From Pseudovirgaria hyperparasitica (Eukaryota): a stretch of DNA of 64,000 nucleotides. Both the position numbers and the translations under genes were made by a program. The notes beneath the pieces are model-generated. The model saw nothing but the letters and a program-made list of their open reading frames with translations, was not told the DNA's origin and ran no database searches. Below are positions 11,760 through 25,967 of this stretch, piece after piece. Position 1 is the stretch's first letter. The number at the start of each line of letters is the position of its first letter. The stretch lies in assembly GCA_010093815.1 (NCBI GenBank), contig ML996582.1. One strand, given 5' to 3'.

Positions 11760-12765
11760 ATATAAATTAATAATAATTATAATATGGTTTCCTAAAATCT
11801 TAACGCTCTAAAGTAATTAGTACGGAAATAGACGCCTTTAAATAATCCCTATCTTATATACGTTACTAATATATTAAAAGCTATCGATCTACCCTAACCT
11901 AGGCCGGGCTCTAATAATCTAGCTATATATTATTATGGTTATCGCTTTCTATCGTACATTACTTACGGCGGTACTAAATCTATAATATATAGTACTTATA
12001 TAACTAAGAAGCGTTATTACTTATAGGTATTTAAGTAAGTTCGAAGAACTTTACGTAGATTTACTTATATTAGTATAGATTACTACTAGGCCTCTAGTAA
12101 CCCCTACTAATAAGGAGTATAGTACTACCGATCGTAACACCTTAGAGAAGGCTTTCTATAAGCTATATATCTAAGGTAAGGGTTACGCCTAGGAGTATAA
12201 TTCTAATAAGATCCGTAAGGATTTATCAGAATCTACTATAGCTATTATTACCGCGATTACTAGGTAATATTATTTTTCTTAAATTATTATAGATTCTTAC
12301 TAATATATATTAATCTCTATAATAGTACTAAAATCTCTACTACTTCGGACTTCTTTCTATATACCGGCGATATTAAAATTTCTAGAAAAGGTTCTAGTAA
12401 AAAGGCTAAGGTTCCTTCCTCGCGCATGCTAAAGAGCTATAAATTTAGGGAAGATAGCTCTAATCTAGAAGTTTCTATACTAAAGGTATATGGTTCTATA
12501 CCGATTATTAAATCTTTTCGCTAATTTATATAATTCTTAGCGTACCCGCGCCGGTCCGTCCCTCTCCGTCCTAGGTCCCGCCGCTCTATAGGTTTCTATA
12601 GAGGAGTTTATAGCTATAAGGCGCGCTATATAGAATTTATAGCGTCGGAATAAAAGGCTAGAGACTTATATTATAAAGCTTAATACTATACTAAATAAGA
12701 ACTAGTAGAAGGAATTAGATATAACTATCGCGGTAATTAGTACTTCTACTTCTACTCCGACTTAA
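11760..12765 (+). pseudogene. Antisense intron-containing cargo gene inside element B unit 1; same architecture as the gene in element A
   Basis: Predicted exons ~11760-12026, 12079-12263, 12326-12485, 12541-12765. GT-AG introns at 12027-12078, 12264-12325 (ACTAAT branch) and 12486-12540 (GCTAAT branch). Exon 3 has no stop codon even without de-RIP. Confidence 0.75.
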
Positions 12766-12802
12766 TCGGTTTAGATCTATACTAATTAGTACTAATATAT
12801 CT

Positions 12803-13627
12803 NNNNNNNNNNNNNNNNNNNNNNNNNNNNNNNNNNNNNNNNNNNNNNNNNNNNNNNNNNNNNNNNNNNNNNNNNNNNNNNNNNNNNNNNNNNNNNNNNN
12901 NNNNNNNNNNNNNNNNNNNNNNNNNNNNNNNNNNNNNNNNNNNNNNNNNNNNNNNNNNNNNNNNNNNNNNNNNNNNNNNNNNNNNNNNNNNNNNNNNNNN
13001 NNNNNNNNNNNNNNNNNNNNNNNNNNNNNNNNNNNNNNNNNNNNNNNNNNNNNNNNNNNNNNNNNNNNNNNNNNNNNNNNNNNNNNNNNNNNNNNNNNNN
13101 NNNNNNNNNNNNNNNNNNNNNNNNNNNNNNNNNNNNNNNNNNNNNNNNNNNNNNNNNNNNNNNNNNNNNNNNNNNNNNNNNNNNNNNNNNNNNNNNNNNN
13201 NNNNNNNNNNNNNNNNNNNNNNNNNNNNNNNNNNNNNNNNNNNNNNNNNNNNNNNNNNNNNNNNNNNNNNNNNNNNNNNNNNNNNNNNNNNNNNNNNNNN
13301 NNNNNNNNNNNNNNNNNNNNNNNNNNNNNNNNNNNNNNNNNNNNNNNNNNNNNNNNNNNNNNNNNNNNNNNNNNNNNNNNNNNNNNNNNNNNNNNNNNNN
13401 NNNNNNNNNNNNNNNNNNNNNNNNNNNNNNNNNNNNNNNNNNNNNNNNNNNNNNNNNNNNNNNNNNNNNNNNNNNNNNNNNNNNNNNNNNNNNNNNNNNN
13501 NNNNNNNNNNNNNNNNNNNNNNNNNNNNNNNNNNNNNNNNNNNNNNNNNNNNNNNNNNNNNNNNNNNNNNNNNNNNNNNNNNNNNNNNNNNNNNNNNNNN
13601 NNNNNNNNNNNNNNNNNNNNNNNNNNN
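12803..13627. other. Assembly gap (N run)
   Basis: Run of n; further gaps at 14874-14883 and 27957-28221. Confidence 1.
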
Positions 13628-16600
13628 ACACGAGTAATCTTATATAGACCTATTATTATATAGTTAAGCTTCTTCTTTAGCCTAATACTATAAATATTCT
13701 TACTATTTAGTAAAACTTTATCTCTAATATTAAAGATCATGGGTTTTCTACCCTTGTTATAGTGCGATTTACTATAATTCATAGTATCTTATAGTAACTT
13801 TATAATGCTTCTTTACGTTTAGAATAGTTCTATAGTAATTTCTATTACTTTAACGTTAGGTTATTCTACTTTAAACTAAGTCCCTAAGAACTATATATTA
13901 TGGTTCTAACCGAAGTTTACTTCGAACGGACTTACGTAGGTTAACGTATATTAGCTGTTATTATACGCGAATTCCGCGATATAGACTAACCTTACCTAGT
14001 TATTCTACTTATAGTTATAATATACGCGTAAATAGGCCTCGACTATCTAATTCTACTACTCCGTCTATCTATCTATTTATAGATAGAACGTAGTACTAAG
14101 TTTCCGCTTAATTTCTAGCGTATAGTAGAAATCCTTCTAAAATTTAGATGTTATCTACGGACCTCTATCCGAAACTATACCATTTAGTATACTATAGAGC
14201 CGGACTACGTTACGGAGTAGTATATCTATAAGATCTAGTACTTAGATCGTCTTCCTTATAGGGATATAGTATAATATCTTTATAAATCTATCTAGAACTA
14301 CGAGTAAACTATTATAAATATACCTAGAATACTTACTTAGGGGTAGATCTATAATGAAATCCATTAATAATTCCTTCTATGCCTCCTTTAGCATAGGTAA
14401 TGGCCTTAATTTACTATATAGTAAGTGTCTATATACTTTCGTATACTAGTAAACGTTATACGTTTTTATATAGTCTTTTATATATTTATAAAGACCCGGC
14501 TAGTTATACGTTCTTTGAATTAAATCGACCGTTCTTATAACGCCGAAGTACCCTACTAACGTATAATTATACTATTCCCTTAAAATATTAATTCGTAAGC
14601 CGCCTTCCGGCACGTAGAGTCGGTCTTAGAAGTAGATCGCGTCCGATCGTCGTTTCTATCTTAATAACTACGGCGGATCTATAGCGCTTCCTTTTATACT
14701 TATAACTTTCTTTACTAATATATCGGAATTCTAGGTAGATTTAATTAAGTCTTCGAGGGTTTTCTTAGTTTCTTAGATGTTTATTTAGATTACTTAATAC
14801 CCGCTCTAATTCCCGCGGAGAATCGCCGAAAGTATCCTAGCTTCTAGCATTCTATTAGATAACTAGTCTTATANNNNNNNNNNGTTTATTTAGATTACTT
14901 AATACCCGCTCTAATTCCCGCGGAGAATCGCCGAAAGTATCCTAGCTTCTAGCATTCTATTAGATAACTAGTCTTATAGTATCTAAAGTATAGTATAGTC
15001 TAACTTACACTAACTATCTACGTTATTCTATAACGATTTCTTATAATCTTTACGCCGCGATAGAGGATTAGCTTTATTCTCTCTTCTAGCTTTATATAAG
15101 ATTTTAAAGTTAAATATTAATATCTACTTAGCCTAACGTACTTATCGGTAATTAAGGACCTTAGTTAATATAAAGTAATATAGATTTACGTAATCCGATA
15201 ATAATTCGATCTAATATATAGAGCCTTCTAAATAATATTACTATTACTTAAAACTCTTAATAATTATAAGTAGTTTCTAGTCGTGTATATTATAACGTAT
15301 CTCTATATCCGCCATTTTATAGGAAAAGAAAGCGACCGGGTACTATTACACCTTATCTTTCGTATCTTTATATAGTTAACTAATAATTCTAGTAATTACG
15401 AATTCTAACGCGTTAGTTTCGATCTAAATATACTTCTTAGAATTAAAATATCTAAGAATCGGCGTGGTTATAAAGTAATTCTTTAATAATTAGAACGTAT
15501 CTTACGCTTCCGGCGTTAACTATATCTCGACCGACTTAGCTTTACGCTATACTCGCCTATCTATAGGGATTTTACCGCCATTCTCTATAAGTTTATTAAG
15601 CGGCGCCGTAATTCGTAAGAAGTCTATAATGAATTTCTAATAATAGTTTATAAAATCTATAAATATTCTAATTTAACGTATAGTAGTAGGTTCTAGCCAT
15701 TCTATGATGGTCTTTACACGCTCTAGCTCCATTTTTAGGCCGCTATATATTATAATAAAGCCGAGAAACCCAACTTCTTATTAGTGAAACTTATATTTAG
15801 ATAATTTTACGTAGAGTTTATACTACCTTAGATGATTTAGTACCGATTTCACGTGTTCTTTATAATTCTATATACTATTAGAGTAAATTAGTATATTATT
15901 AAGATAAACTACGTAAATCACGTTAAGTAATCCTACGAGTATAGTGTTAATATATCCTTAGAACGCTCCTAGCGTATTTATTAGCCCGAATGGTATAATA
16001 GTATACTTAAACTAACCATATCTAGTCTAAAATGCGGTTTTCTACTTATCTCCGCGACGAATTTAAAGCCGGTAATATATATCTCGTAAATCTAGCTTTA
16101 TAAAGTACTTTACCTTCGTTAATTAGTCTAAAGATTTACTAACTAGCGGTAATAGATAACGATTCTTCTTAGTTACCGTATTTAGTACCTAATAGTTAAC
16201 GCATAGACGTAAACTTCTGTCTTTCTTCTTTATAAAGAGAATAGATACGCCGGCTAATAACGTACTATAATATATCTAGCCTCTTTCGAGGTATTCTTTA
16301 ATATATTTATAAAGAACTTCGAGTTCTAGTCTTAAAAGTAGATAAAGTAGGCTATAAGGGACGTCTACTCCCTCTTCGAGCTTAATCTTTAGCTTATACG
16401 GCCCGTGATTAGGGAGAAGTAACGTATCTCCTACTAAAAATATATCTATATACGGCGAATATACGTCGGATAGCGTGTCTTCGCCCTAATTATTACTATC
16501 GTCCTTATCTTTATCGATAATTAATAAGGACGTAAGATAGATTAGCGATAATTGGGTCCGTATAGCGAGGTTCTATATCTCCTTACTAATAGTTACGACT

Positions 16601-16746
16601 TACTAGTATAATTTACCACGGTATTATTAGAACGTTAATATCTTCTTCTAAAAATCAAGGATAGGGTTTAGGCGTCTAAGCTAAGGTATCCCTAGAATCA
16701 TATTCTATTAGCTAATATTAGCTACGATAAATTTATTAGATATCTA

Positions 16747-19700
16747 GAAAAAAACTTCTCACACTCTAACGGACCAAACTGGTTAATTCGGGGTAATATA
16801 GCGATCTATATATATTAAACGATAGAGTATACCGAGTATAACAACCTCCAATACATGCACGTACGTGTAGTATATAATACGTAACGATACCGACGTATAG
16901 AGACGCCATATATATACACTCGAAGGCTCTTCGACGATACGAGTATAGACTATCTCTAATAAATACCAACACGCCGACCCCCTTTTTATTAGTTACGGGT
17001 AGCCCTTTACTAATAATTATGGCGGCCCTAGGCACCGACGTACCTCGGCTTCCACCGGGTATACCCCTAATACTAGTACGGTAGAAATAGCTATATAGTA
17101 GCATATCCTAGGACGATTAAACCCCCGTCTAATAAACGACGAATAACTAAGGGCGTATAACGCTATAGATAATAGAGACGGAGGGGACCCCGCCCGGGGA
17201 GACCCTCCTAGATAAGATTAACTACTAGGTAGTACGTGTAGAGGGGGAAGTCGAGAAGGGAGAAACGGCCCTCCTTAGTATCTTCCGGAACCTTATCTAG
17301 AATATTAGGGAGCTTACTATAGGAGTAAAATAGGCGCCGGAACTAGACCCGGAATCTAGACTAGATCGTATAGAGGCTAGCCTATAGAGAATCTAGGAGG
17401 GCCTTACCTAGGGAAAACGCCCTAGCACGTGGGCATAGGTCGCCGCACCTATAAGCGGAATAGCTATATTAGCTAAAATACTAAGGGCACCCACGGACGG
17501 GGTATATAGTATATAAGTCGCTATCTAGGATAAAGAAGTACTCGTATAAGTCTAGTAAGCGTCCCTAAAGGATATTATAAATAAGATTAACGAATAGAAA
17601 GGGATATAGTTAAATATAGTAGCCGCTAAACTTACCCTAGAAGGTATAGTACTAACTACTACTACTAATATAGTCTAGTAGACTATCTCGCGCGACCCGA
17701 ACACGATTAATGATATCTTCCCTAGCGCGTCCGTCCGCGTAACCACGTACCTAATATAGGTATATACCGTCCCCGTCTAAGGACACGTTATTAGAGAAGA
17801 CGATATCGAGCGAATAGAGTAATCTAACGAACCGAAGTACCCCGGGATTAAGATCGCGAAGACGTGGTAGAAGAACGTCTAAGGGATTAAGATAAAATCG
17901 AAAAAGCACTCTACTATAATAGTGGAGCTTAGGGACCCCGCTCTCGCCTATAGAATAATGTAGAAGGGCTTCCTAGCTAAAGGAGAGCTACTTACGGCGG
18001 AACCATGGGATAGGGCATAGGTAATAACGTAATACTTTAACTATTAAGGATATAGGTATACTAGGTAGAGGTGCTCTTAGAAGACCGTCTATGGGTGGTG
18101 TAAATAGAGCCATAATACTAAGGAATACCCTTATAAGACGCAGAGCGACGAGACGCGAGATAGGGACACCGCTAAGTACTCTAACTACGACGGGAAACAC
18201 CTATCCTAGTCGGTAACGTGCACAAAACATAAGTAGATCGTAGAATATATTAACGCAATAAAGATAAGAGGGGCAAGGTAGATATACCAAGCCATAAGGC
18301 CCTCGCTACCCTCACCGCCATCCCTAACTTTACTTATAAATCTAGTAACCACCCCCCGAAGGGGAGAGGATAACGCGTAATAGTATACTATATAGAGAAA
18401 GATAGGCCGACCCCGGGGTATACTTAAAGCCGCTACCGCGCGAGGATAATTACGCCTTAGCGCTACTAATATATAGACTCGAACTTTCCCTAGCACCTAA
18501 TAAGGGTATAAGATATACTTATTATTATATAGGCGAACGTATAATATAAACGAGAAAACTAAGTGACGCTCCTAGAAGAGATAGGAGCCGTAATAATAGC
18601 TATCTAGGAACTATATAAATACTACTAAACTAATAAGCTAATAACACACCTAGGATACTATACTATCCACCCTACGGGCCCGGATAGGAGAGTTATGTTT
18701 TATATACATAAGTCGATCCCGCTCTTAGAATGGTCTTATACCGAACGTAATGACCTCCGGATAACACTACATCTCTAGATAAGTATAGGGCCTCTCTATA
18801 TCTATAATATCTATAATTAATAGTGATCGCTTACGCTAGACGATATACTCGAGGGCACCATAACGCCGGGATAACATATTCTTCTAGGCGACTTTAATCT
18901 CTACCATAGGTAGTAGGGAGGCCTAGCCGTCGCGAGAGAAGAACTTAGAGTAAGAGAACTATATACACGGTACCACGACTTTCTATACCTCCTTATACCC
19001 GTGGGGTAGATTACCTAGAGAAAATATAAATAGGACGAGGACGGGTCTACGCTCGACCTTACCCTCGCCACTAAGTATATTAGCTATAGAGTATAGTACT
19101 ACCGCCCGAGCCGGATATAGACGGACTCCGACCACGAATGCATGGAAACCGTAATAGACGTCTCCACTCTTAACGAATAACATGGGAAATAGCTATAGAA
19201 GGATACTAATTAGGATAAATACCTAGAGGACCTGGAATCGGCGATTCTAGACCCCTCTATAGTCGACATATCTAACGGCCTAGCCATAGATAAGGCCGTG
19301 TAAGTCCTCCTTTAAGTATACTAAGCCATAAGAGATAAACATGTGCTATACCGAACGTATAGACCCCTAGAAGCGAGGGGTATACCTTAAATGCGAGAGT
19401 ATAGAAGAGACGCCCGTAGACTATATATATATATATACTATATTCGGACGACTAAGGCGTGGGAAGAGTAGAAGAAAGTAGTACGATATCGTAATAGGGC
19501 CCTCCGTAATAAACGACGAAAATAATAGCGCACGATTACTAATAAATACACACAGTAAGCCGTAGGGCTATAGCGCATGGTAAAGTAGGCTAAGGGTATA
19601 GACGCGCCGATACCGCCGCTACTAATGCCTCCCCTAATATACTAAGAGAGGATATACTCTATAAGCCCGGAGAAGACGGAGATCTTACGTAAAGTTATGT

Positions 19701-21988
19701 TCCCCCTCCCGGAGCTAGTAGACCTATTAGATATTAATAATACTAAATACCTAGATGTAATCGATATCCCCTAAGAGGTTACTAAGGAGGATATACTCGA
19801 CGCTGTTAAAGTACTCCCGAATAATAAGGTACCCGGACCGGATAGGATACTAAATAGATACCTTAAATGTACTATACTAGCTACCCTACCGCTTATTAGT
19901 TATATATTTTAAGTATATATTAAGAACGGATACCACCCCTAAAGCTTCCGGGCCGTCTATATTATTATACTCCCGAAACTAGGGAAGAACCCTAGCTCCC
20001 CGAAAGGATGGAGGCTAATCGCCCTTCTCTTCTATCTTAGAAAGATACTAGAGGCTACGATCGTAAAGAAGATAAGCGCCGTAGTATAGAAATATAACCT
20101 TCTCCTAGTAAACTAGAAGGCGAAGGCTAGAAGCTCCCTAATTACCGCTATCTAATATATCCTTAAAGTCGTCTAGACCGTATAGAAGTAGGGACGTGTA
20201 GTAACGCTACTCTCCCTCGACATGGCCGGCGTATTCGATAAAGTAAACCATACGAGACTTATCTATAACTTATGGAAGAGGCGTATACCCGCGTAGATTA
20301 CGCGGTTTATATAGTCCTTCCTCGCCGAAAGAGTTACCTAGATATATATCCCCGGATATCGAAGTAAGTATAAGAAGACGGCTTACGGCATCCTATAAGG
20401 AAGTACCATCTCCCCGATTCTCTTCCTCTTCTTTACTATAGACCTTCTCTAGGGAATATAATATATAGAGGTAGTAGGATACGTAGACGATATATACCTT
20501 CTAGCCATCGATAATAATACTAGCTAAACATATAGACGACTCGAATAAGACCACGGGAGATACGTCTAATAGGCAAAGCGCCACGGAGTAAAGTTCGCCC
20601 CTGAAAAGTACTAACTTATATACTTTATTAATCGCCGTGGGAAATGGGCTACTAGGGAAGGCGAGCGACGCCCTAGAATAGACGCCTTCGACGAACTACC
20701 GATATAAAGTATACGCGTACTCGGCGTCATGATCGATAATAAGCTTAAATGGGGACCATAGGTAGCATACGCCGTTTCTAGGGCCCTCTAGGTAGAAGCC
20801 GCTATACGCCGGATTACGGCCTCTACGTAGAGAACCGCCCGGGATAAGGCACGCTAACTATATGTCTCTATGGCACGACCAGCCTTTATATATGGATACG
20901 AGTACTAGTATACGGCCCTTATATAGGCTAGGCGAACGAAGCTCGAATCTATATAAAACCGCATACTCCGTCTTATCTCTAGTATATATAAAGCTACTAC
21001 TATAGTACTACTACGACGCGAGATAAATATAATAAGTATATAGGACTTCTACTAGATATAGAGGGTGGTATACTTTACTAAATAATAAGCATAGGAACGT
21101 ATAGAAAATATAGAATATACCTTCGCCGCGCTGCGCGCGCGAGTTAGTATATACTACTAAGTACTCTTATATATAGGCCGGACTTAACTACGGTATAAGT
21201 GCCCGATAGAAATAGACTCGAACTAAGTAGTATAAGAGATTAAGGATAACCTAGATACCCTCCTAGACTAATAGAGCCTTCGAGAGCTCGGATAAAGTAT
21301 ACGGTCGTGGATCTAAGATAAGTAGAAAGAGACACTCCGGGCCTAGTGGGCCTCCTAGTAGAATAGATACCTAGAGTAGATCCGAGGACCATGGAAGGAG
21401 CCGAGTAAATGGATATATAAAGGGCTTATAAAGGCCTAGGTATCTATACTCCTCTAAGCCCGAACGGGCGCTATAGAACTTCTATACTACCTCTATAAGA
21501 GAGGCGTCCCCGACGTGTCTCTATGGTATAAGGCGTATGGCCGGAGAGGTATAATACGCTACTATCTTATAATGTGCCCCGATCTTTATACGTAAAGGTA
21601 GAAGCTTATCTATACGATAAGAACCTCTAATATCGTACGATGGCTTAATGAGTACCCTAAGGATATCGCCCGGTAGATGATTATACACCTACTACTCCTC
21701 TAATTCTAGTAGACCCGGAAATATATGCCGGAAGAACCCCTTAACTAATAACCCCCGTACCTACACGTGCTGTCTAAGGGTAAAATAACGGTAATATAGG
21801 CTGTAGGCTAATAGGTGTACCCTATAGCTGTATACTTAAGAAGAAACAAAGGTTTAATGAGATGTAATTATCGACATAAGGAAGTTTTCCCCTCTTGGGT
21901 TTCTTCTTATATAGTAGCTTAGACTAGAGAAGGCATAGGCCTGTAGAGTACTACTCTACCTAGTTATATAATATTATTATTATTATTA
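16747..21988 (+). mobile_element. Apparently full-length RIP'd Tad1-like LINE (5.2 kb) inserted in the protease region of B unit 1
   Basis: TSD TTATTAGATATCTA at 16733-16746 and 21989-22002; empty site in B unit 2 at ~29640-29655; (ATT)n 3' tail. ORF1 has CCHC knuckles (CFNCQGYGH...C, ~18030-18130). ORF2 has an APE endonuclease (AIQE, LLGDFN), RT motifs (WRPIALLSCLGK, LSLDMAGVFDKVNH, GIPQGS, GYVDD ~20477-20491) and a C-terminal CCHC. Confidence 0.93.
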
Positions 21989-24354
21989 TTATTAGATATC
22001 TACTATTTTATTATCTTCGAGTTATAAACTTCGTAATTTATTATAGCTTTACCTAAAGTTCTAACTTCATATCTATTAACTATAATAGTTCGGCTAACTT
22101 TACTAAGATCATATAATAATCTATACTCCTTTACAAGAATCGACGAAATATAGTTATCTTCTATACTAGTATCCACGAGGGCCTATATAGTTTTATTACC
22201 ATTTACTATAGATAACGATACTTTTAGTAATATTAGGTCTTTACTCGCCGGAAGGCGCTATAGCTCCTCCTAAGTATATATAATTTAGCTAAGAACGCGG
22301 TTAGATCTCGTGTACTAGCCTATTCTTTTTTCGGATTCTTATAGTTAGACGAAATATATTCTATTTCTCTATACTTATAGTAATGAAGTGCGCTATAATC
22401 CTACTATTTTATAATAGACATTATATTTAAGTCTATGCCTTATCCTTTTCCGTGTTAAGAAGTACCGCCTAGATTATTTTAGTGTCCTCTTAACGCGTTT
22501 CTACCCCGATTTACGCTCTTCTAGCGCTAATCGCGGTAAGGTTACTCTTAATTAAACGTATTCGATCGACCTCGTTTCTAACCCGTATAGGATTCGTTGG
22601 TTTTACCTAGAGAGCCGCGTTCCTTAAGGATGCGGTAGTATTTATTAGCTTTCTCCTCTAATTTATATAGATAGTTAAAACTTAATAATACTATTTCTAG
22701 TCTTTCACGGATTAACGGAAGTAGTACTTCACAAAACTAGAATATACAAATATTTTCCTATAGCATAGGGATATTATCCTATAGGTTTTAGAGGTATTAT
22801 AGTAGTTAAGTAGGTGTCTAGTTCGGTCGTTATACTACGCTTCTTAACTTAGATAGTACCTTTCTTTTACGTTCTCTATCCGTTCTAAGGGTGTTTAGTA
22901 TAAATATAGCTAAATATTCCTAGGTTATCATAGATAGTAACTATACTTCCTTCTATCTATCCTATTAATCGTAGGATTATAAGTCTAGGTATTATTCTCC
23001 GAACGAAATGCGTTATACTTTAGTAGAAAAGAGTAGAGGGTTATCGAGGAAGTACTTTTCGTAGTCTCTCTTCTAGTCTTTCTACTCCTTTTAGTTCTTC
23101 TCTATAAATATAGTCGGGTCTTTAGATTTTAGTATATCTAGGGAAGAAGTAGAGTAAATTAGTAACGAAGCGGCCGGGTATACGGTAGATTATTATAACT
23201 CTAATAGTAGGTAAACTAATTCCGCCTGAATTAGTATAGGAAGTCGTCCACCTACTATCGTTCGGCGTAGTTCTTTAAGAGACTCCTTAAGTTCTTATCT
23301 CTTTGCGAGGAGTTTCGCGCGTTCTATCTATTCTTTAAGGGTTTAAATCTCTCGAGCCTAATTCGCGACGTATTCCTAAAGTTCGGCGATAGTTTATTAT
23401 AATACCTCGCGTGACTCCGCCACGACTCGTTATCCGGCTTTATATTATTAGAAGTTACTTAGTATATCTACTATTTCTTCGTCTAAAAGCTCCGTGATTT
23501 AGTCTACTATTTCTACTTCTCGGTTAGAAACGGCCGGGATTAATACTAATTATAGAGGATCCCTATTATTTAATATAGTATTACTTATCCCTATAGTAGA
23601 TCGTGTCGACCTTCTCGGTTCTAGTTAGACTATCTTAACTATAGTACTATATAGGGAGTAATTCGAATATAAGAATAGGGTTATTAGATAGTAGTATAGT
23701 TAGATAGAATAATAGGGTATATTCTATTATAGAACGAATTACTACCGAACCCTTTTAGTAGGAATCTAAGAGTATATATATAAAGAGACGCCGATCTATC
23801 TAGCACGTAACTATTTACCGCCCTTTATATTACCTTCTAACTCTATTAGCTAAGGTACGTGTAGATTAGGTTCTATCTAAGGCTAAGTTCTAATAATTAT
23901 CTCTCCCTCTAGGAAGCTACCCTTAGTAACCTAGATCGTTATCTATCTCTATATCCCTATTCTAAGTCTCGTAAGACCTTAGTCGTTCTCTACGCTTCGT
24001 CTTAGATACTTACTAATATTTACTAATCTAAGATTTATATAAGTGTTTTTCTAATAAACTAGATTTTATCTATCTTAACTTCTTATATAGATGAGATTGC
24101 CTAATTAGGCCTAGCGTATCACGTGATATAATTAGATAAGCCTAGGTGCTACCTATATTAAAATCTTTTCTTAGAAATATTCCTTTCTTTAAAAAACTTC
24201 TTAACTCTTTATAGAGTTTTTTAGATTATTATATATATTACCCGATCCTTATAGATATAGATTTATATAGATTTACTATAATTTAGTACGATTTACGTAA
24301 TTTACTAATTTTCGTGCTGTCCTTAGCTAGTAATAATATAATTCGTAATAATCT

Positions 24355-25967
24355 ATATAAATTAATAATAATTATAATATGGTTTCCCGAAATCTTAACG
24401 CTCTAAAGTAATTAGTACGGAAATAGGCGCCTTTAAATAATCTCTATCTTATATACGTTACCAACATATCGAAAGCTATTAATCTACCCTAACCTAGGCC
24501 GGGCTCTAATAATCTAGCTATATATTATTATAGTTATCGCTTTCCGTCGTATATTACTCACGGTAGTACTAAATCTATAATATATAGTACTTATATAACT
24601 AAGAAGCGTTATTACTTATAGATATTTAAGTAAGTTTAAAGAACTTTACGTAGATTTACTTATATTAGTATAGATTACTACTAGGCCTCTAGTAACCCCT
24701 ACTAATAAGGAGTATAGTACTACTAATCGTAACGCCTTAGAGAAGACTTTCTACGAGCTATATATCTAAGGTAAGAGTTACGCCTAGGAGTACGATTCTA
24801 ATAAGATCCGTAAGGATTTATCGGAATCTACTATAGCTATTATTACCGCGATTACTAGGTAATATTATTTTTCTTAAATTATTATAGATTCTTACTAATA
24901 TATATTAATCTCTATAATAGTACTAAAATCTCTACTACTTCGGACTTCTTTCTATATACCGGCGATATTAAAATTTCTAGAAAAGGTTCTAGTAAAAAGG
25001 CTAAGGTTCCTTCCTCGCGCGTGCTAAAGAGCTATAAATTTAGGGAAGATAGCTCTAATCTAGAAGTTTCTATACTAAAGGTATATGGTTCTATACTAAT
25101 CGTTAAATCTTTTCGCTGATTTATATAATTCTTAGCGTATCTACGCCGGTCCGTCTCTCTCTATTCTAGGTCCTACTACTCCGTAGGTTTCTATAGAGGA
25201 GTTTATAGCTATAAGACGCGCTATATAGAATTTATAGCGTCGGAACGAAAGGCTAGAGACTTATGTTATAAAGCTCTATACTATAAGGAGGCGGGCTATA
25301 CGCACTAACCAACTATACTAAAAGGACCGAATCTTAAAGCTACTACTTTAAGGGTAGAGTACACTACTTATATACGACTACTATATATATATATAATTAA
25401 CTAGCAGGCACGTGCCTAATAATATCTCCCCTTTTCAAAGGCGCGTGCCCTTATACGTTATAGGCATCTACCTTACGAAAGATAAACTAAACTAGCTATA
25501 ATAGGCCTAGTATACGCGCTAGCCATACTAGGCCTAGTATAAACTATATATATATAATCGATATTCGTAATACCGCCTCTAGTACTAGACACGCTAACTT
25601 ACCGTAGTAACGTTACTACTATATTATCTATTATATATATAAAGTACACGTAACGTAGTAAGCTAAACGGAATCGTATAAAATTTAATAATAGTTAACTA
25701 GACCGAGAGTTAAACCCGTGACCCCGTAGTAGCTTTAAGATTATATAAGGAGGCGGGCTCTACGTACTAACTAACTATACTAAAAGGACCAAATCTTAAA
25801 GCTACTACTTTAAGGGTGGAGTATACTACTTATATACGACTACTATATATATATATAATTAACTAGTAGGCACGTACCTAACATATACTATGCTAAATAA
25901 GAACTAGTAGAAGGAATTAGATGTAACCATTGCGGTAATTAGTACTTCTACTTCTACTCTAACTTAA
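24355..25967 (+). pseudogene. Second copy of the family B antisense cargo gene, last exon disrupted by TRIM-2
   Basis: Colinear with 11760-12765 at offset 12595, plus a 607-bp TRIM+TSD insertion. Some stops in unit 1 are sense codons here (for example TAA versus CGA after ATG GTT TCC). Confidence 0.72.
25282..25883 (-). mobile_element. TRIM copy 2
   Basis: Reverse complement of 823-1424. TSD TATAC at 25277-25281 and 25884-25888. Empty site visible at ~12670-12700. Confidence 0.94.

Larger units (their letters stand above)
11072..23895 (-). mobile_element. Ty3/Gypsy chromovirus family B, unit 1 (contains the LINE and two assembly gaps)
   Basis: 228-bp LTRs at 11072-11299 and 23668-23895; PPT complement after 11299. 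Minus-strand RT YLDD ~15895-15906, RNase H IETNALEF (IETDASGF-like) ~15400-15425, integrase ~13950-14400, gag ~22330-23600. Confidence 0.93.

Noticed and set aside
12715..13782. 355-aa and 279-aa ORFs in the track
   Set aside because: They are open only because they cross the N gap.
14780..14978. ~95-bp direct duplication around a 10-N gap
   Set aside because: Identical sequence on both sides of a small gap indicates unmerged contig overlap, not biology.
16766..19183. Short minus-strand ORFs within the LINE
   Set aside because: Antisense by-products of RIP'd LINE ORF1/ORF2, with no motifs or splice pattern.
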